DNA from: Sphingopyxis sp.
GTDB taxonomy: Bacteria > Pseudomonadota > Alphaproteobacteria > Sphingomonadales > Sphingomonadaceae
Assembly: GCF_035998965.1 (NCBI RefSeq)
Contig: NZ_DASYHE010000103.1
Location: 1,383 to 65,382, forward strand
DNA length: 64,000 nt
Reading direction: 5' to 3'
Shown here: piece after piece, positions 8,086 through 18,724 of the stretch
Layout: the number at the start of each line of letters is the position of its first letter
How positions within the stretch are numbered: the first letter of the stretch is position 1
Translations under genes and position numbers: made by a program
The notes under the pieces: generated by a model
The model's database searches: none
Seen by the model: only the letters and a program-made list of their open reading frames with translations
Told to the model about the DNA's origin: nothing

Positions 8086-8961
8086 ATGAAAGACGGCTTT
8101 ACCCACGTTCATGAAACGCCGCCGCCAGAGGCCGCGGCCGACTGGACGATATCGCAGGATTGGGACGCCTTTTCCGCCGCCGAACATGCGATGTGGGACA
8201 AGCTGTTCGCGCGCCAGTCGGCGATGCTGCCCGGCCGCGCCTCGGAGGCGTTCCTGCGCGGCATCGACGTGCTGCGGCTCGAAAAACCAGGGATTCCCGA
8301 CTATCGCGAGCTTAACGCGCGGCTGATGGCGGCGACGGGGTGGCAGGTGGTCGCGGTGCCGGGGCTGGTCCCTGACGAGGTGTTTTTCAACCACTTGGCC
8401 AACCGGCGCTTTCCCGCGGGCAATTTCATCCGTACCCCCGAACAGCTCGATTATTTGCAGGAACCCGACGTGTTCCACGACGTGTTCGGCCATGTCCCGA
8501 TGCTCGCCGACCCGGTGTTCGCCGATTATATGGTCGCCTATGGCGAGGGCGGTCTGCGCAGCCTGCAATTCGACGCGCTGAAGCAGCTGGCGCGGCTTTA
8601 CTGGTATACGGTGGAGTTCGGGCTGATCCGCGAGGCGGGCGGCCTGCGCATCTATGGCGCGGGGATCGTGTCGTCTTATGCCGAGAGCGTGTTTGCGCTC
8701 GACAGCGACAGCCCGAACCGGATCGGGTTCGACCTCGCGCGGGTGATGCGCACCGATTACCGGATCGACGACTTCCAGCAGAATTATTTTGTGATCGACA
8801 GTCTGGACCAGCTGCTGGACACCACAGTGAACACCGATTTTGCGCCGCTTTATGCCGCCAATGACGCGCTGCCGCCGATCGCGATCGCGGATATCTTGCC
8901 GGGTGATGCGGTGATCACGCGCGGTACCCAGGATTATGCGTTAGGCAAACAAACCGCCTGA
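8086..8961 (+). CDS. phhA: Phenylalanine 4-monooxygenase
   Basis: EPDVFHDVFGHVPML, LYWYTVEFGL, YGAGIVSS. Confidence 0.97.
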   Translation: MKDGFTHVHETPPPEAAADWTISQDWDAFSAAEHAMWDKLFARQSAMLPGRASEAFLRGIDVLRLEKPGIPDYRELNARLMAATGWQVVAVPGLVPDEVFFNHLANRRFPAGNFIRTPEQLDYLQEPDVFHDVFGHVPMLADPVFADYMVAYGEGGLRSLQFDALKQLARLYWYTVEFGLIREAGGLRIYGAGIVSSYAESVFALDSDSPNRIGFDLARVMRTDYRIDDFQQNYFVIDSLDQLLDTTVNTDFAPLYAANDALPPIAIADILPGDAVITRGTQDYALGKQTA

Positions 8962-8963
8962 AC

Positions 8964-9043
8964 CCGTTCGTGTCGAGCGAAGTCGAGACACGCATGTGTG
9001 GCGCACGACTTCGGGGTGTCTCGACTTCGCTCGACACGAACGG
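8964..9043. repeat. Palindromic repeat family C
   Basis: CCGTTCGTGTCGAGCGAAGTCGAGACA ... TGTCTCGACTTCGCTCGACACGAACGG. Confidence 0.9.
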
Positions 9044-9059
9044 AAACGGCTGCGGTCTG

Positions 9060-10031
9060 CTACCAGCTCCCGAAACTCGCATCCGCTGGATCGGCGCGAT
9101 GGAAGGCGCGTTCCTTGCGGCGCCAGCCGTAACGGCGGCGTTTGACCAGCAGCAGGCATGGCCATTCGGCGCTGCCGCCGCGCGCGGCGAGGCGGAAACC
9201 CTGCGAGCGATAGGCGGCGAGCACTGGGTCCATCTGGCGCGCGATCAGCCCGGCAAGGATGGCATGGCCACCCGGCGCCGTCGCGGCGGCGATGTCGGGG
9301 GCGAGGGTGATCAGCGGCCCGGCGAGGATGTTGGCGATCACGAGATCATAAGGCGCGCGGTGGCGTATCGCCGGATGGTCGGTCCCCGGTGCAACCGCGA
9401 GCGTCAGCGCGCCGCTGCCGCGACCGAGCCGCACGCGGTTGATCACGGCATTGTCGCGGGTGACAAAAATGCTCGCGGGATCGATGTCCGACGCGATCGT
9501 GCGGGCGCTGGGCCATAAGGACATCGCGGCAAAGGCCAGCAGCCCGGTGCCGGTGCCGATGTCGGCGATATCGCGCGGGGCCATGCCTTTGCGCTTCAGC
9601 CGGTCGAGCATTGTGAGGCAGCCCGTGGTGGTGTCGTGACCGCCGGTGCCGAACGCCTGACTCGCGTCGATCAGGAACGGCGTGGTGCCGGGCGGGGCGC
9701 GGTCGGCGTAGCTGCTGGTGTGGACGAAAAAGCGGCCGGCCTGGACGGGTTCCAGTCCCAGCTGCGACAGCGTGACCCAATCCGCTTCGGGAAGCTCTGC
9801 GACGACGGCTTTTGTGCCTTTCGCGCTCGTCACCAGCGATTGCAGCAATTTGACCAGTGCCGCCCCGGGCTTGTCGTCCATATACGCGTCGAGCTGCCAC
9901 AGCCCCGCAACCTCGTCGATCTCGCGCGTCACGATGACGGGCGCCTCGGGCAGCGCGTCGAGTTCGGGAATCTCCCCCGACAGCGCCTCGGCCTCGGCGC
10001 GCGTACAGGGGAGCGAGACGATCCAGCTCAT
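9060..10031 (-). CDS. prmA: Ribosomal protein L11 methyltransferase
   Basis: AFGTGGHDTT, DIGTGTGLL, DID, ANILAGPL. Confidence 0.93.
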   Translation of the reverse strand: MSWIVSLPCTRAEAEALSGEIPELDALPEAPVIVTREIDEVAGLWQLDAYMDDKPGAALVKLLQSLVTSAKGTKAVVAELPEADWVTLSQLGLEPVQAGRFFVHTSSYADRAPPGTTPFLIDASQAFGTGGHDTTTGCLTMLDRLKRKGMAPRDIADIGTGTGLLAFAAMSLWPSARTIASDIDPASIFVTRDNAVINRVRLGRGSGALTLAVAPGTDHPAIRHRAPYDLVIANILAGPLITLAPDIAAATAPGGHAILAGLIARQMDPVLAAYRSQGFRLAARGGSAEWPCLLLVKRRRYGWRRKERAFHRADPADASFGSW

Positions 10032-10034
10032 TGG

Positions 10035-10727
10035 TCAGCGCACATAGCTCGCGCCGTTCACATCGAGCACTGCGCCGGTCATCGATGCGGGGGCGTCCAT
10101 CGCGCACCAGCGCGCCATTTCGGCGACCTCGTCGGGCATCGCGACGCGGCCGAGCGGGATTTCGGCGAGCAATTTGTCACCGCCGCGGCTGGCCAGATAG
10201 TCGTCGGCCATACCCGTCATCGTGAAGCCGGGGCAGATGGCAAAGGCGAGGATGCCGTCCTTCGCATAGGCGCGGGCGATCGTTTTGGTCATCGCGACCA
10301 TACCAGCCTTTGACGCGGCATAATGCCAGTGGGCGGGGCTATCGCCGCGGTGTGCGGCGCGGCTGGCGATATTAACGATGCGGCCGTTGGTCTGGCGAGC
10401 CTGCCAGTGCAGGACGGCGCGGCGGCAAAGGTCGGCGCTGGCGGTCAGGTTGATCTGGAGCGTGCGGTTCCAGCTTGCGAGCCAGTCGACGTCGTCGCTG
10501 TCGATCGGGTTGGCTTCGAAAACTCCGGCGTTGTTGATCAGCACGTCGATGCGGCCGTCGAGCCGATCGAGACAGTGCTGCCATAGGCGGACAGGGGTGG
10601 CGGGATTGGCGAGGTCGCCGTCGGCGCTGGATAGGGCGACGGTTTTGGTCTCGTCCGAGGTCAGCGTTTCGGCGATAGCGGCGCCGATGCCGCGGCTGGC
10701 GCCGGTGATCAGGATGTGGGTTTGCAT
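10035..10727 (-). CDS. SDR family oxidoreductase
   Basis: TGASRGIG, NNAG, YAASK. Confidence 0.95.
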   Translation of the reverse strand: MQTHILITGASRGIGAAIAETLTSDETKTVALSSADGDLANPATPVRLWQHCLDRLDGRIDVLINNAGVFEANPIDSDDVDWLASWNRTLQINLTASADLCRRAVLHWQARQTNGRIVNIASRAAHRGDSPAHWHYAASKAGMVAMTKTIARAYAKDGILAFAICPGFTMTGMADDYLASRGGDKLLAEIPLGRVAMPDEVAEMARWCAMDAPASMTGAVLDVNGASYVR

Positions 10728-10794
10728 CCCTCTGCCTTAGGCAGGGGCAGGATGCTTGCCAAGCGGGTGCGGTTAAAGCGCCATCTTCCCTATG

Positions 10795-10873
10795 CGTCAT
10801 CCCGGCGAAGGCCGGGATCGCAAGCTGGGCGCCTTGCACAATCGGCGAGATCCCGGCCTTCGCCGGGATGACG
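10795..10873. repeat. CGTC-type REP doublet (family B)
   Basis: CGTCATCCCGGCGAAGGCCGGGATC ... GATCCCGGCCTTCGCCGGGATGACG. Confidence 0.9.
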
Positions 10874-10887
10874 ATGTGGTAAGGGGG

Positions 10888-12240
10888 CTACGCCACCCGG
10901 CGGCTGAACTCGCTCGCGGCCTGTTCCAGCTGCTGCAACCGCCCACCCATCTTGCCGAATTCCTGGCTGAGCACGCTGATCTCGCTGGCGACCATCCCCG
11001 AATCGTTGCGGATGCTGGCGATCGTCGATGACATGCTGTCGGCGGCAAGCGCCGTTTCATCGACTGCGGCGGTGATCGAGGTGACGGTCTGTGCCTGCGC
11101 GTCCATGGCATCGCGGATGCGCTGCGCCGAGCGCTGCACTTCGACAATCGTCGCCTGGATCGACTGGTTGGCGCTTACCGATCCGCGCGTCGCCTGTTGA
11201 ATCGCCGTGATCTTGCCCGCAATATCGTCGGTGGCGCGCGCGGTTTCATTGGCCAGGCTTTTGACCTCCTGTGCGACGACGGCAAAGCCCCGGCCCGATT
11301 CGCCGGCGCGCGCGGCCTCGATCGTGGCGTTGAGCGCGAGCAGGTTGGTCTGGCCCGCGATTTCGCGGATCAACCCCAAAATCGATTCGATCGATTCGGC
11401 GTGGTGCGAGAGTGCCTCCGACATCGCGACGGCCTCGCCCGCCTGTTCCGATGCGCGGGTGGCGACGCTGGCCGACGCTTCGACCTCGCTGCGCGCATCC
11501 TCGATCGCGCGGATCAGCCCGGCGGCGGTCGACGCGGCTTCGCGCATCGCCATCGCCGATTGTTCGGACGCGGCGGCGACTTCGCTGGTCTTGGCGATCA
11601 TGCCCTTCGCCGCCTGATCGGCAGAGGCGGCCTGTTTGGCGAGTTGTTCGCGCACCCCGTCGGTGTCCTGCACCAGCGAGGCGATCGAGCGATCGAAATC
11701 GCCCGCCAGCATCTGGCGTTCGCTGGAAATCACCGCGCGGTCGAGCTTTTCAGCATAGCGCTGCATGATGTCAAATTCGAGCAGCGCGAGCCGGTTGACG
11801 GCACTGGTCAGCCGGGCCAGCCGTTCCGCATCGTCGATGCACGCGGCGACGATATAATCGATGGTGAGCCGCTGGCTTTCCGCGATGCACGACATGACAA
11901 GCGCCAGCGGCAGTTTGACGCGCCGTGCCATATGCGCGTTCTGGCAAGCGATTGTCGCCACTTCCTGTCCGGCCGCGTCGGCATATTTGACGTCCGAATG
12001 GCGCGCGCTGCCGCGCACATAGGATTCGAGCAGTTCGCCTTCGACGGCGCGTTCGACGCTGGGCAGCGCGTTGAACGCATCCCAATAGGCGCGCGCAATC
12101 GCTTCTTCGCGTCCGGCGATGATCGCGTGGATCTCGGCGGCGTTGGCGGCCAGCTGACCGTCGAGGTCGTAATAGGGGAAGCGATCGGCCATCGAAATCG
12201 GGTCGATTTGCTGCTTATGAATCGGATTTTCCTTCACCAT
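10888..12240 (-). CDS. Soluble methyl-accepting chemotaxis protein with globin-like (protoglobin) N-terminal sensor
   Basis: MCP hairpin [31 protein letters not shown]. No TM segments. The N-terminal helical domain resembles HemAT-type sensors (inference). Confidence 0.85.
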   Translation of the reverse strand: MVKENPIHKQQIDPISMADRFPYYDLDGQLAANAAEIHAIIAGREEAIARAYWDAFNALPSVERAVEGELLESYVRGSARHSDVKYADAAGQEVATIACQNAHMARRVKLPLALVMSCIAESQRLTIDYIVAACIDDAERLARLTSAVNRLALLEFDIMQRYAEKLDRAVISSERQMLAGDFDRSIASLVQDTDGVREQLAKQAASADQAAKGMIAKTSEVAAASEQSAMAMREAASTAAGLIRAIEDARSEVEASASVATRASEQAGEAVAMSEALSHHAESIESILGLIREIAGQTNLLALNATIEAARAGESGRGFAVVAQEVKSLANETARATDDIAGKITAIQQATRGSVSANQSIQATIVEVQRSAQRIRDAMDAQAQTVTSITAAVDETALAADSMSSTIASIRNDSGMVASEISVLSQEFGKMGGRLQQLEQAASEFSRRVA

Positions 12241-12331
12241 GATCCTGCTTCCCTGATCGATCCACTGGGGCACGAGTCTGCCGCTCGTCATCGTTCCCAA
12301 AACATGTGACCGGGGTATGCGCCAGCGATGG

Positions 12332-12348
12332 TAAATTGGTCGTTAACC
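12332..12348. promoter_or_regulatory. Near-consensus CtrA box upstream of the chemoreceptor
   Basis: TAAA-N7-TTAACC versus consensus TTAA-N7-TTAAC. Confidence 0.5.
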
Positions 12349-12367
12349 AGCGAATCGTTTTTGCGGC

Positions 12368-12841
12368 CTAATGCTGATCGACCGTCGGCACGGGATAGCC
12401 CTCGAAGGCTTTGATCGTGCGCAGCGCAAAGGCGCTGTGCATCGCCGCAACCCCGGGCAGGCGTGACAGGCAGTGGCGGTGCAGCCGGTCGAAATCGGCA
12501 ACATTGCGCGCCGCGACGCGCAGCCGGTAGTCGGATGCGCCCGACAGCAACTGGCATTCGAGGATTTCGTCAAAGCTTTTGACCGCGCTTTCAAAGGCGG
12601 TCAGCGCTTCCTCGCTCTGTGAGGTCAGGCTGATATCGACAAAGACGTCGAGCCCGAGGCCGATGCGGTCGGGCGCCAGACGCGCGGTGTAGCCGGTGAT
12701 GATCCCCGCCGCCTCCAGCGCGCGGATGCGGCGGTGGCACGCCGACGCCGACAGCCCGACCGCTTCGCCCAGTTCGGCAGCGGGACGCGGGCCGTGCCGT
12801 TGCAGCATGTCGAGGAGCTTGCGGTCGATTCGATCAATCAT
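12368..12841 (-). CDS. Lrp/AsnC family regulator (AldR-like), divergent from ald
   Basis: DRIDRKLL..LQ, HTH GLSASACHRRIRALE, and a typical position next to ald. Confidence 0.93.
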   Translation of the reverse strand: MIDRIDRKLLDMLQRHGPRPAAELGEAVGLSASACHRRIRALEAAGIITGYTARLAPDRIGLGLDVFVDISLTSQSEEALTAFESAVKSFDEILECQLLSGASDYRLRVAARNVADFDRLHRHCLSRLPGVAAMHSAFALRTIKAFEGYPVPTVDQH

Positions 12842-13001
12842 TGTGCGTCCCTTGATCATATTACGCGTGATTTGTGCGTGTTTGTCGCGAAACCAGCGAC
12901 GATATGCAAGCACCTCGCGCGCCGTTTCTGCTATCAGGCAGAGTCATGAACGACGCGGCGCCGGGACAGCGTGACCGGCGACGAACCCATGGAGAGCGAC
13001 A

Positions 13002-14117
13002 ATGATCATCGGCACCCCCAAGGAAATCAAGAATCACGAATATCGCGTCGGGCTGACCCCTGAAAGTGCGCGCGAGTTGGCCGTCCATGGTCACCGTGTG
13101 CTGGTGCAGACCGGCGCCGGCGCGGGTATCGGGGCGCACGACCGTTTCTATGTCGAGGCTGGCGCCGAGATCGTCCAGACTGCCGAGGAAATTTTCGCGA
13201 CCTGCGACATGGTGGTGAAGGTCAAGGAGCCGCAGCCGGGCGAGCGTGCGATGCTGCGCGAAGGGCAGATCCTCTACACCTATCTTCACCTTGCGCCCGA
13301 TCCCGACCAGACGCGCGACCTGATGAAATCGGGCGCGGTGTGCATCGCGTATGAAACCGTCACCAGCCCGCACGGCGGCCTGCCGCTGCTGAAGCCGATG
13401 AGTCAGGTCGCGGGGCGCATGTCGATCCAGGCCGGCGCGACCGCGCTCGAAAAGGCGCATGGCGGCCGCGGCGTGCTGCTCGGCGGCGTTCCTGGCGTGG
13501 CGCCGGGCAAGGTATGCGTGATCGGCGGCGGCGTCGTCGGCTTCAACGCGGCGCAGATGGCGGCGGGGCTTGGCGCCGACGTCACCATTCTCGATCGCGA
13601 TCCCGAAGTGCTCGAACGCGTCGGCACCTTCTTTGAATCGCGCGCCAAGACGCGCTTTTCGAACCGCGCCAATCTCGCCGAATGCGTGGCGGAGGCCGAT
13701 CTGGTCATCGGCGCGGTCCTGATCCCCGGCGCCGAAGCGCCCAAGTTCGTCACCCGGGAGATGCTCGGCACGATGCAGGCGGGCTCGGTGCTCGTCGACG
13801 TCGCGATCGATCAGGGCGGCTGTTTCGAAACCAGTCATGCAACCACCCACGCCGACCCGACCTATGTCGTCGACGGCATCGTCCATTATGCGGTCGCCAA
13901 CATGCCGGGCGCGGTCTCGCGCACGAGCACCTATGCGCTGAACAACGTTACCCTGCCGCACGCGCTGCGCATTGCCGACCTGGGCTGGAAAGACGCATTG
14001 CGACGGGACGTGCATCTTGCGCAGGGTTTGAACGTATGGAATGGCAAGGTGACGTTCGAAGCCGTAGCGGAAGCGATCGGAACCGATTATGTGTCTGTTG
14101 AACAGGCACTCGCCTGA
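13002..14117 (+). CDS. ald: Alanine dehydrogenase
   Basis: [37 protein letters not shown]. Confidence 0.98.
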   Translation: MIIGTPKEIKNHEYRVGLTPESARELAVHGHRVLVQTGAGAGIGAHDRFYVEAGAEIVQTAEEIFATCDMVVKVKEPQPGERAMLREGQILYTYLHLAPDPDQTRDLMKSGAVCIAYETVTSPHGGLPLLKPMSQVAGRMSIQAGATALEKAHGGRGVLLGGVPGVAPGKVCVIGGGVVGFNAAQMAAGLGADVTILDRDPEVLERVGTFFESRAKTRFSNRANLAECVAEADLVIGAVLIPGAEAPKFVTREMLGTMQAGSVLVDVAIDQGGCFETSHATTHADPTYVVDGIVHYAVANMPGAVSRTSTYALNNVTLPHALRIADLGWKDALRRDVHLAQGLNVWNGKVTFEAVAEAIGTDYVSVEQALA

Positions 14118-14138
14118 TAACAAGGACATAGGTACATA

Positions 14139-14378
14139 ATGACCGAGCAAACTCCCCCGCCGCCGCAGAATGACGCGCCGGAAGAAAATGAAGTCCTGCG
14201 CGCCGCGCGCGAGCAGCGCCAGCAGAAGGAGGCCGCCGATGCGGCCGAAGCTGCCGATCGCGACGCGGCAAAGGGCGGCAAGCGCGGCTGGAAAACCGCG
14301 GCCGCGGCGGGTTTAGGCATCGGCTCGGCCGCGGTGATCGCGGCGCTGCTGTATGTGAACCGCGACAAGATCAAGTGA
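14139..14378 (+). CDS. Small hypothetical protein with C-terminal membrane anchor
   Basis: RBS-like GGAC..AGG, host-like codon usage and a C-terminal hydrophobic helix. Confidence 0.75.
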   Translation: MTEQTPPPPQNDAPEENEVLRAAREQRQQKEAADAAEAADRDAAKGGKRGWKTAAAAGLGIGSAAVIAALLYVNRDKIK

Positions 14379-14421
14379 TGCGGTGACGTGACCGTTTGGG
14401 GGGTGGGACCGGACGTAGCCG

Positions 14422-14547
14422 ATCCTCCCTGTGGCGCAGCGGACCGCGCGCGAAGCAAGGGGTTGAGAGGCCGCGACCTTAGGGCCATTTGCCCCTCCGA
14501 CAGCGCTTTGCGCTGCTACCTCCCCGTCGCTGCGCGACAAGGAAGAT
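14422..14547. repeat. Degenerate family A repeat
   Basis: ATCCTCCCTGTGGCGCAGC ... GCTGCGCGACAAGGAAGAT. Confidence 0.8.
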
Positions 14548-14691
14548 TGATGGCTAGAAATGGTCGATTTTGATCATTCCCCTTTCCTTCGTTGTTATCG
14601 ATTGACCTCGAAACACTCGCTGAGTCGCGTGTGACGTTTGGGTGCACCTCAACTTCGGAATTAATTAAACCTGCTTGGCTAGGCTCACGTC

Positions 14692-15300
14692 ATGGCTGCT
14701 CAAAACCCCACGATCGAGCGAGAAAAGGCGGCGCTTGTCGCGCTACTTCGATACGAAAAGCCCCACTATATTTTTTCCCGTTCGATCGCTGGTGAAGGCC
14801 GACCGCTGTCGGAAAAAGAAGCCGTCAAAATGCTGGTCGAGTATGAGCTGATGCTGGCAGCGCAGGTGCGCCAGTTTAGCCGGTCGGTGTGGGCTTCACT
14901 ATGCCTCACTGTCGTTTTTGCTTTGCTCGCTGCGAAGCTTTGGACCCCTTTTGCCCTATTTGCATTACTCTCAATTCCCGGCTGGTTTGTTGTGGCAGTC
15001 TGGCACCGCTTTCAGCGAATGAAGTTCAAAATGATGGTGTGGAGAAGGCTCGAAACCCGTCCGGTTGTTCACGCGCTGACGCGTGAGCAGAAAATCGCGC
15101 GTGGCTATGCTTTGCCGATGCGAACGCTGGTGCCAATTGTGCTTGGGGCCATACTCTTGGGTGTCGTAATATATACTCCCGCCAATCTGCTTCCCAACGG
15201 TTGGGGGGCAATTCGTACCTTTGTCATCCTGGCCCTCGTTTCTGTCACGGTCATCACCATGGGGCTGGCCCAATTGCTGTCGAAGCAGAGGGGCGGCTAG
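14692..15300 (+). CDS. Hypothetical membrane protein (about 4 TM), AT-richer than the flanks
   Basis: 202-aa ORF with two hydrophobic hairpins and atypical codon usage. Confidence 0.7.
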   Translation: MAAQNPTIEREKAALVALLRYEKPHYIFSRSIAGEGRPLSEKEAVKMLVEYELMLAAQVRQFSRSVWASLCLTVVFALLAAKLWTPFALFALLSIPGWFVVAVWHRFQRMKFKMMVWRRLETRPVVHALTREQKIARGYALPMRTLVPIVLGAILLGVVIYTPANLLPNGWGAIRTFVILALVSVTVITMGLAQLLSKQRGG

Positions 15301-15427
15301 GCGGTACACTTTGTGTCGAATACGTCATGATTTCTTGAGCGCGTATCCCCGCTAAGCAATTGCATATCACCGCGGGAAGGCTTAACCGGCTCCACATCGA
15401 CCGAAGAGAGTCAGAAACGGGGCTGAT

Positions 15428-15871
15428 ATGGCTGGCAACGAACCAAATACGCGCCCACGCGCGCCGCATTTACAGGTCTATAAATGGGGCCCCGCGATGG
15501 CGGTGTCGATCCTGCACCGTGCCAGCGGCGACGGGCTGGCGATTGTCGGCGCCGGCTTGTTCCTGTGGTGGCTGGGCGCGATTGCCGCGGGGCCGGATGC
15601 CTATGCGGCGTTTGTCGCCTGCATCTGGCACGACCCCAGCCCTGAAATCAGCCTCTTTCATCAGATCACCAACATCCTGGGCAAAGTCGTGCTGGTCGGA
15701 CTGACCTGGGCATTTTTCCAGCATCTGTTTTCGGGGCTGCGCCACCTGGTGCTCGATGCGGGGGCGGGATATGAACTGAAATCCAACAAGCTGTGGTCGA
15801 CCGTCGTGATCGCCGCGGGCGTGTTCGCGACCGCCGCGACCTGGCTCTATATCCTGGCGGAGGCACTCTAA
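15428..15871 (+). CDS. sdhC: Succinate dehydrogenase cytochrome b556 subunit
   Basis: RPRAPHLQVY, SILHRASG, HLFSGLRHLVLD. Confidence 0.95.
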   Translation: MAGNEPNTRPRAPHLQVYKWGPAMAVSILHRASGDGLAIVGAGLFLWWLGAIAAGPDAYAAFVACIWHDPSPEISLFHQITNILGKVVLVGLTWAFFQHLFSGLRHLVLDAGAGYELKSNKLWSTVVIAAGVFATAATWLYILAEAL

Positions 15872-16272
15872 TGGGCGACGGTTCGCATCTCGGCAAGGTC
15901 CGCGGCCTCGGGTCGTCCGGGCACGGTTCGCACCACTGGCTGCAACAGCGGTTAACCGCGCTGGGTAACATCCTGCTCGTCGGGTTCCTGTTCGTGTCGC
16001 TGATCCGCCTGCCGCTGGGTGACCATGGTGCGGTGCTGCGCTGGGCGTCGAACCCGATGGTCGCGCTGGCGCTGATCCTGATGGTGGTCAGCGTCTTCTG
16101 GCATCTGCGGCTCGGCTTGCAGGTGCTGATCGAGGATTATGTCCACGGGCCGATGCGCTTGCTCGCGCTCGTTTTGCTCAATTTCTATGCTATCGGCGGC
16201 GCCGCCTACGGGATCTTCGCGATCGTCCGGATCGCGCTGGCGCCTGCCGTGGCCGGCCCGGGGGGCATGTGA
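15871..16272 (+). CDS. sdhD: Succinate dehydrogenase hydrophobic anchor subunit
   Basis: [25 protein letters not shown]; the start overlaps the sdhC stop. Confidence 0.95.
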   Translation: MGDGSHLGKVRGLGSSGHGSHHWLQQRLTALGNILLVGFLFVSLIRLPLGDHGAVLRWASNPMVALALILMVVSVFWHLRLGLQVLIEDYVHGPMRLLALVLLNFYAIGGAAYGIFAIVRIALAPAVAGPGGM

Positions 16273-16273
16273 C

Positions 16274-18088
16274 ATGACCGACGCTTACAAGATCATCGAC
16301 CATATCTATGACACCGTCGTCGTCGGTGCGGGCGGATCGGGGCTGCGCGCCACAATGGGCAGCGCCGAGGCCGGGCTGAAAACCGCGTGCATCACCAAGG
16401 TGTTCCCGACGCGCAGCCACACGGTGGCGGCGCAGGGTGGCATCGCCGCGTCGCTCGGCAACAACTCGCCCGACCACTGGACGTGGCATATGTACGACAC
16501 CGTCAAGGGGTCCGACTGGCTCGGCGACCAGGACGCGATCGAGTATATGGTCCGCGAAGCGCCGCAGGCGGTGTATGAGCTGGAACATGCCGGGGTGCCC
16601 TTTTCGCGCAACGCCGACGGCACCATCTATCAGCGGCCGTTCGGCGGCCATATGCAGAATATGGGCGAAGGCCCGCCGGTGCAGCGCACCGCCGCGGCCG
16701 CCGACCGTACCGGCCATGCGATGCTCCACGCGCTGTACCAACAGTCGCTGAAATATGACGCCGATTTCTTCGTCGAGTATTTTGCGCTCGACCTGATCAT
16801 GGAAGACAGCCCCGACGGTAAGGTTTGCCGCGGCGTTATTGCGCTGTGCATGGACGACGGCAGCATCCACCGTTTCCGGTCGCAGGCCGTCGTGTTGGCT
16901 ACCGGTGGCTATGGCCGCAGCTATTTCACCGCCACCTCGGCGCACACCTGCACCGGCGATGGTGGCGGCATGGTGCTGCGCGCCGGGCTGCCGCTGCAGG
17001 ACATGGAATTCGTCCAGTTCCACCCGACCGGCATCTACGGCGCCGGGGTGCTGATCACCGAAGGCGCGCGCGGCGAGGGCGGGTACCTCACCAACTCCGA
17101 GGGCGAGCGGTTCATGGAACGCTATGCCCCGTCGGCAAAGGATCTGGCGTCGCGCGATGTCGTGTCGCGGTCGATGGCGCTCGAAATCCGCGAAGGCCGC
17201 GGCGTCGGCCCGCACAAGGATCATATCTTCCTGCACCTCGACCATATCGACCCGGCGGTGCTCGCCGAGCGGCTGCCCGGCATCACCGAAAGCGGCAAGG
17301 TGTTTGCGGGCGTCGATCTGACCCGCCAGCCGCTGCCCGTCGTGCCGACCGTCCATTATAATATGGGCGGCATTCCATGTAATTATCATGGCGAAGTCGT
17401 CACGCTGGGCAAGGATGGTCCCGACACCGTGGTCCCCGGCCTATTCGCGGTCGGCGAAGCGGCGTGCGTGTCGGTGCACGGCGCCAACCGTCTCGGCTCG
17501 AACAGCCTGATCGACCTCGTCGTCTTTGGCCGCGCGACCGGGCATCGGCTGCGCGACATCATCAAGCCGGGTGCGGCGCAGCAGCCGCTGCCGACGGACA
17601 GCGCCGACCTTGCGCTCGGCCGCCTCGACCATTTCCGCCATGCCAAGGGCGGGTCGCCGACGGCGGAAATCCGCACCGAAATGCAGCGTGCCATGTCGGC
17701 GCATGCCGCGGTGTTCCGCACCGACGAGCTGATGGCCGAGGGCAAGGAAAAGCTGACCAAAACCTATCAGCGGATGAACGATGTCGGGGTTACCGACCGC
17801 AGCCTGATCTGGAACACTGACCTCATCGAAACGCTCGAGCTCGACAATCTGATCAGCCAGGCGACCGTGACGATGCATTCGGCGTATAACCGCAAGGAAA
17901 GCCGCGGCGCCCACGCGCATGAGGATTTCCCGAACCGTGACGATGCGAACTGGATGAAGCACACCGTGGCATGGTTCGACGGCTGGGGCGGCAAGGGCGG
18001 CGGCGTCCGCCTCGATTACCGCCCGGTCCACGAATATACGCTGTCGGACGATGTCGAGTATATCAAGCCGAAGGCGCGGGTTTATTGA
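16274..18088 (+). CDS. sdhA: Succinate dehydrogenase flavoprotein subunit
   Basis: [36 protein letters not shown]. Confidence 0.99.
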   Translation: MTDAYKIIDHIYDTVVVGAGGSGLRATMGSAEAGLKTACITKVFPTRSHTVAAQGGIAASLGNNSPDHWTWHMYDTVKGSDWLGDQDAIEYMVREAPQAVYELEHAGVPFSRNADGTIYQRPFGGHMQNMGEGPPVQRTAAAADRTGHAMLHALYQQSLKYDADFFVEYFALDLIMEDSPDGKVCRGVIALCMDDGSIHRFRSQAVVLATGGYGRSYFTATSAHTCTGDGGGMVLRAGLPLQDMEFVQFHPTGIYGAGVLITEGARGEGGYLTNSEGERFMERYAPSAKDLASRDVVSRSMALEIREGRGVGPHKDHIFLHLDHIDPAVLAERLPGITESGKVFAGVDLTRQPLPVVPTVHYNMGGIPCNYHGEVVTLGKDGPDTVVPGLFAVGEAACVSVHGANRLGSNSLIDLVVFGRATGHRLRDIIKPGAAQQPLPTDSADLALGRLDHFRHAKGGSPTAEIRTEMQRAMSAHAAVFRTDELMAEGKEKLTKTYQRMNDVGVTDRSLIWNTDLIETLELDNLISQATVTMHSAYNRKESRGAHAHEDFPNRDDANWMKHTVAWFDGWGGKGGGVRLDYRPVHEYTLSDDVEYIKPKARVY

Positions 18089-18151
18089 GGGAGGGCCGGG
18101 AGTCGGCGTTCTGCGCGAAACTCCGGGGTGGCTAGCCCACGCTAGTCTATC

Positions 18152-18448
18152 TTAGTCCCTCAAATGCCGCACGGCATCGCGGCGCTCATGCATCACGCGG
18201 ACGACATCGACCTTTTCGTCGTCGATCAGAAAGAAGATGAAGTGATGTCCGCTGCGCATCCGTCGTAATCCCGGATAGGCTTCCGTCTCTTCGGGAAAGC
18301 GCAGGCCGTCGATAGCGAGACGGTCGATGGCTTTCTGAATGTCGCCGATGTAGCGACGCGCCTGATCGCGGCCCCATTGCTCCATGGTGTAGTCTGCGGC
18401 GTCTTCAATATCCACTTCCGCTTCGGGGCGGACGACGATGCTACGCAT
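18152..18448 (-). CDS. parE: ParE/RelE family toxin
   Basis: RPEAEVDIEDAADYTMEQWG..A..Y, HHFIFF, VVRVMHERRD. Confidence 0.9.
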   Translation of the reverse strand: MRSIVVRPEAEVDIEDAADYTMEQWGRDQARRYIGDIQKAIDRLAIDGLRFPEETEAYPGLRRMRSGHHFIFFLIDDEKVDVVRVMHERRDAVRHLRD

Positions 18449-18692
18449 CGTTTTCGGGGCCGAACTTTCGCTCCATGAAAGCATCCCAGTCGAATGGCTG
18501 GGGAGGGCCGCTGTCGATGCCTTTTTGAATTTCGCGCCGCAAAGCTTCGACCCGATCATCATAGGCAATATAGCGCCGCATGGCTTCGCGCACGACTTCG
18601 CTCGTCGTCGCGAACTCGCCCGATTCAACCTTGCGACGCGCGAACTGGATGAAGGGTTCGCCGAGGGCGACCGAGGTATTTTTTACAGCCAT
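18441..18692 (-). CDS. parD: ParD family (RHH) antitoxin
   Basis: NTSVALGE...VESGEFATTSEVVREAMR...LRREIQKGIDSG; overlaps the toxin start. Confidence 0.92.
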   Translation of the reverse strand: MAVKNTSVALGEPFIQFARRKVESGEFATTSEVVREAMRRYIAYDDRVEALRREIQKGIDSGPPQPFDWDAFMERKFGPENDA

Positions 18693-18702
18693 GACCCAAA
18701 AT

Positions 18703-18717
18703 TACCAAAATTTGGTA
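18703..18717. promoter_or_regulatory. Putative ParD operator, TACCAAA-N-TTTGGTA
   Basis: Perfect 7-bp inverted repeat 10 bp upstream of the antitoxin start. Confidence 0.65.
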
Positions 18718-18724
18718 CCGGCGT

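Noticed and set aside
8970-9518. ORFs that begin inside repeats (8970-9518, 2363-2743, 37969-38511, 52004-52319)
   Set aside because: They are translations of palindromic repeats and antisense coding DNA, with no evidence of in-frame repeat domestication.
11197-12309. Long ORFs antisense or overlapping known genes (e.g. 11197-12309, 12861-14150, 16190-17389, 44250-45959, 59802-61079)
   Set aside because: These are typical shadow ORFs of high-GC coding DNA. They have no recognisable motifs and each mirrors a confidently identified gene.
12842-13001. Defined AldR operator array
   Set aside because: Regulation is expected from gene context, but I could not pick out convincing repeated sites by eye.
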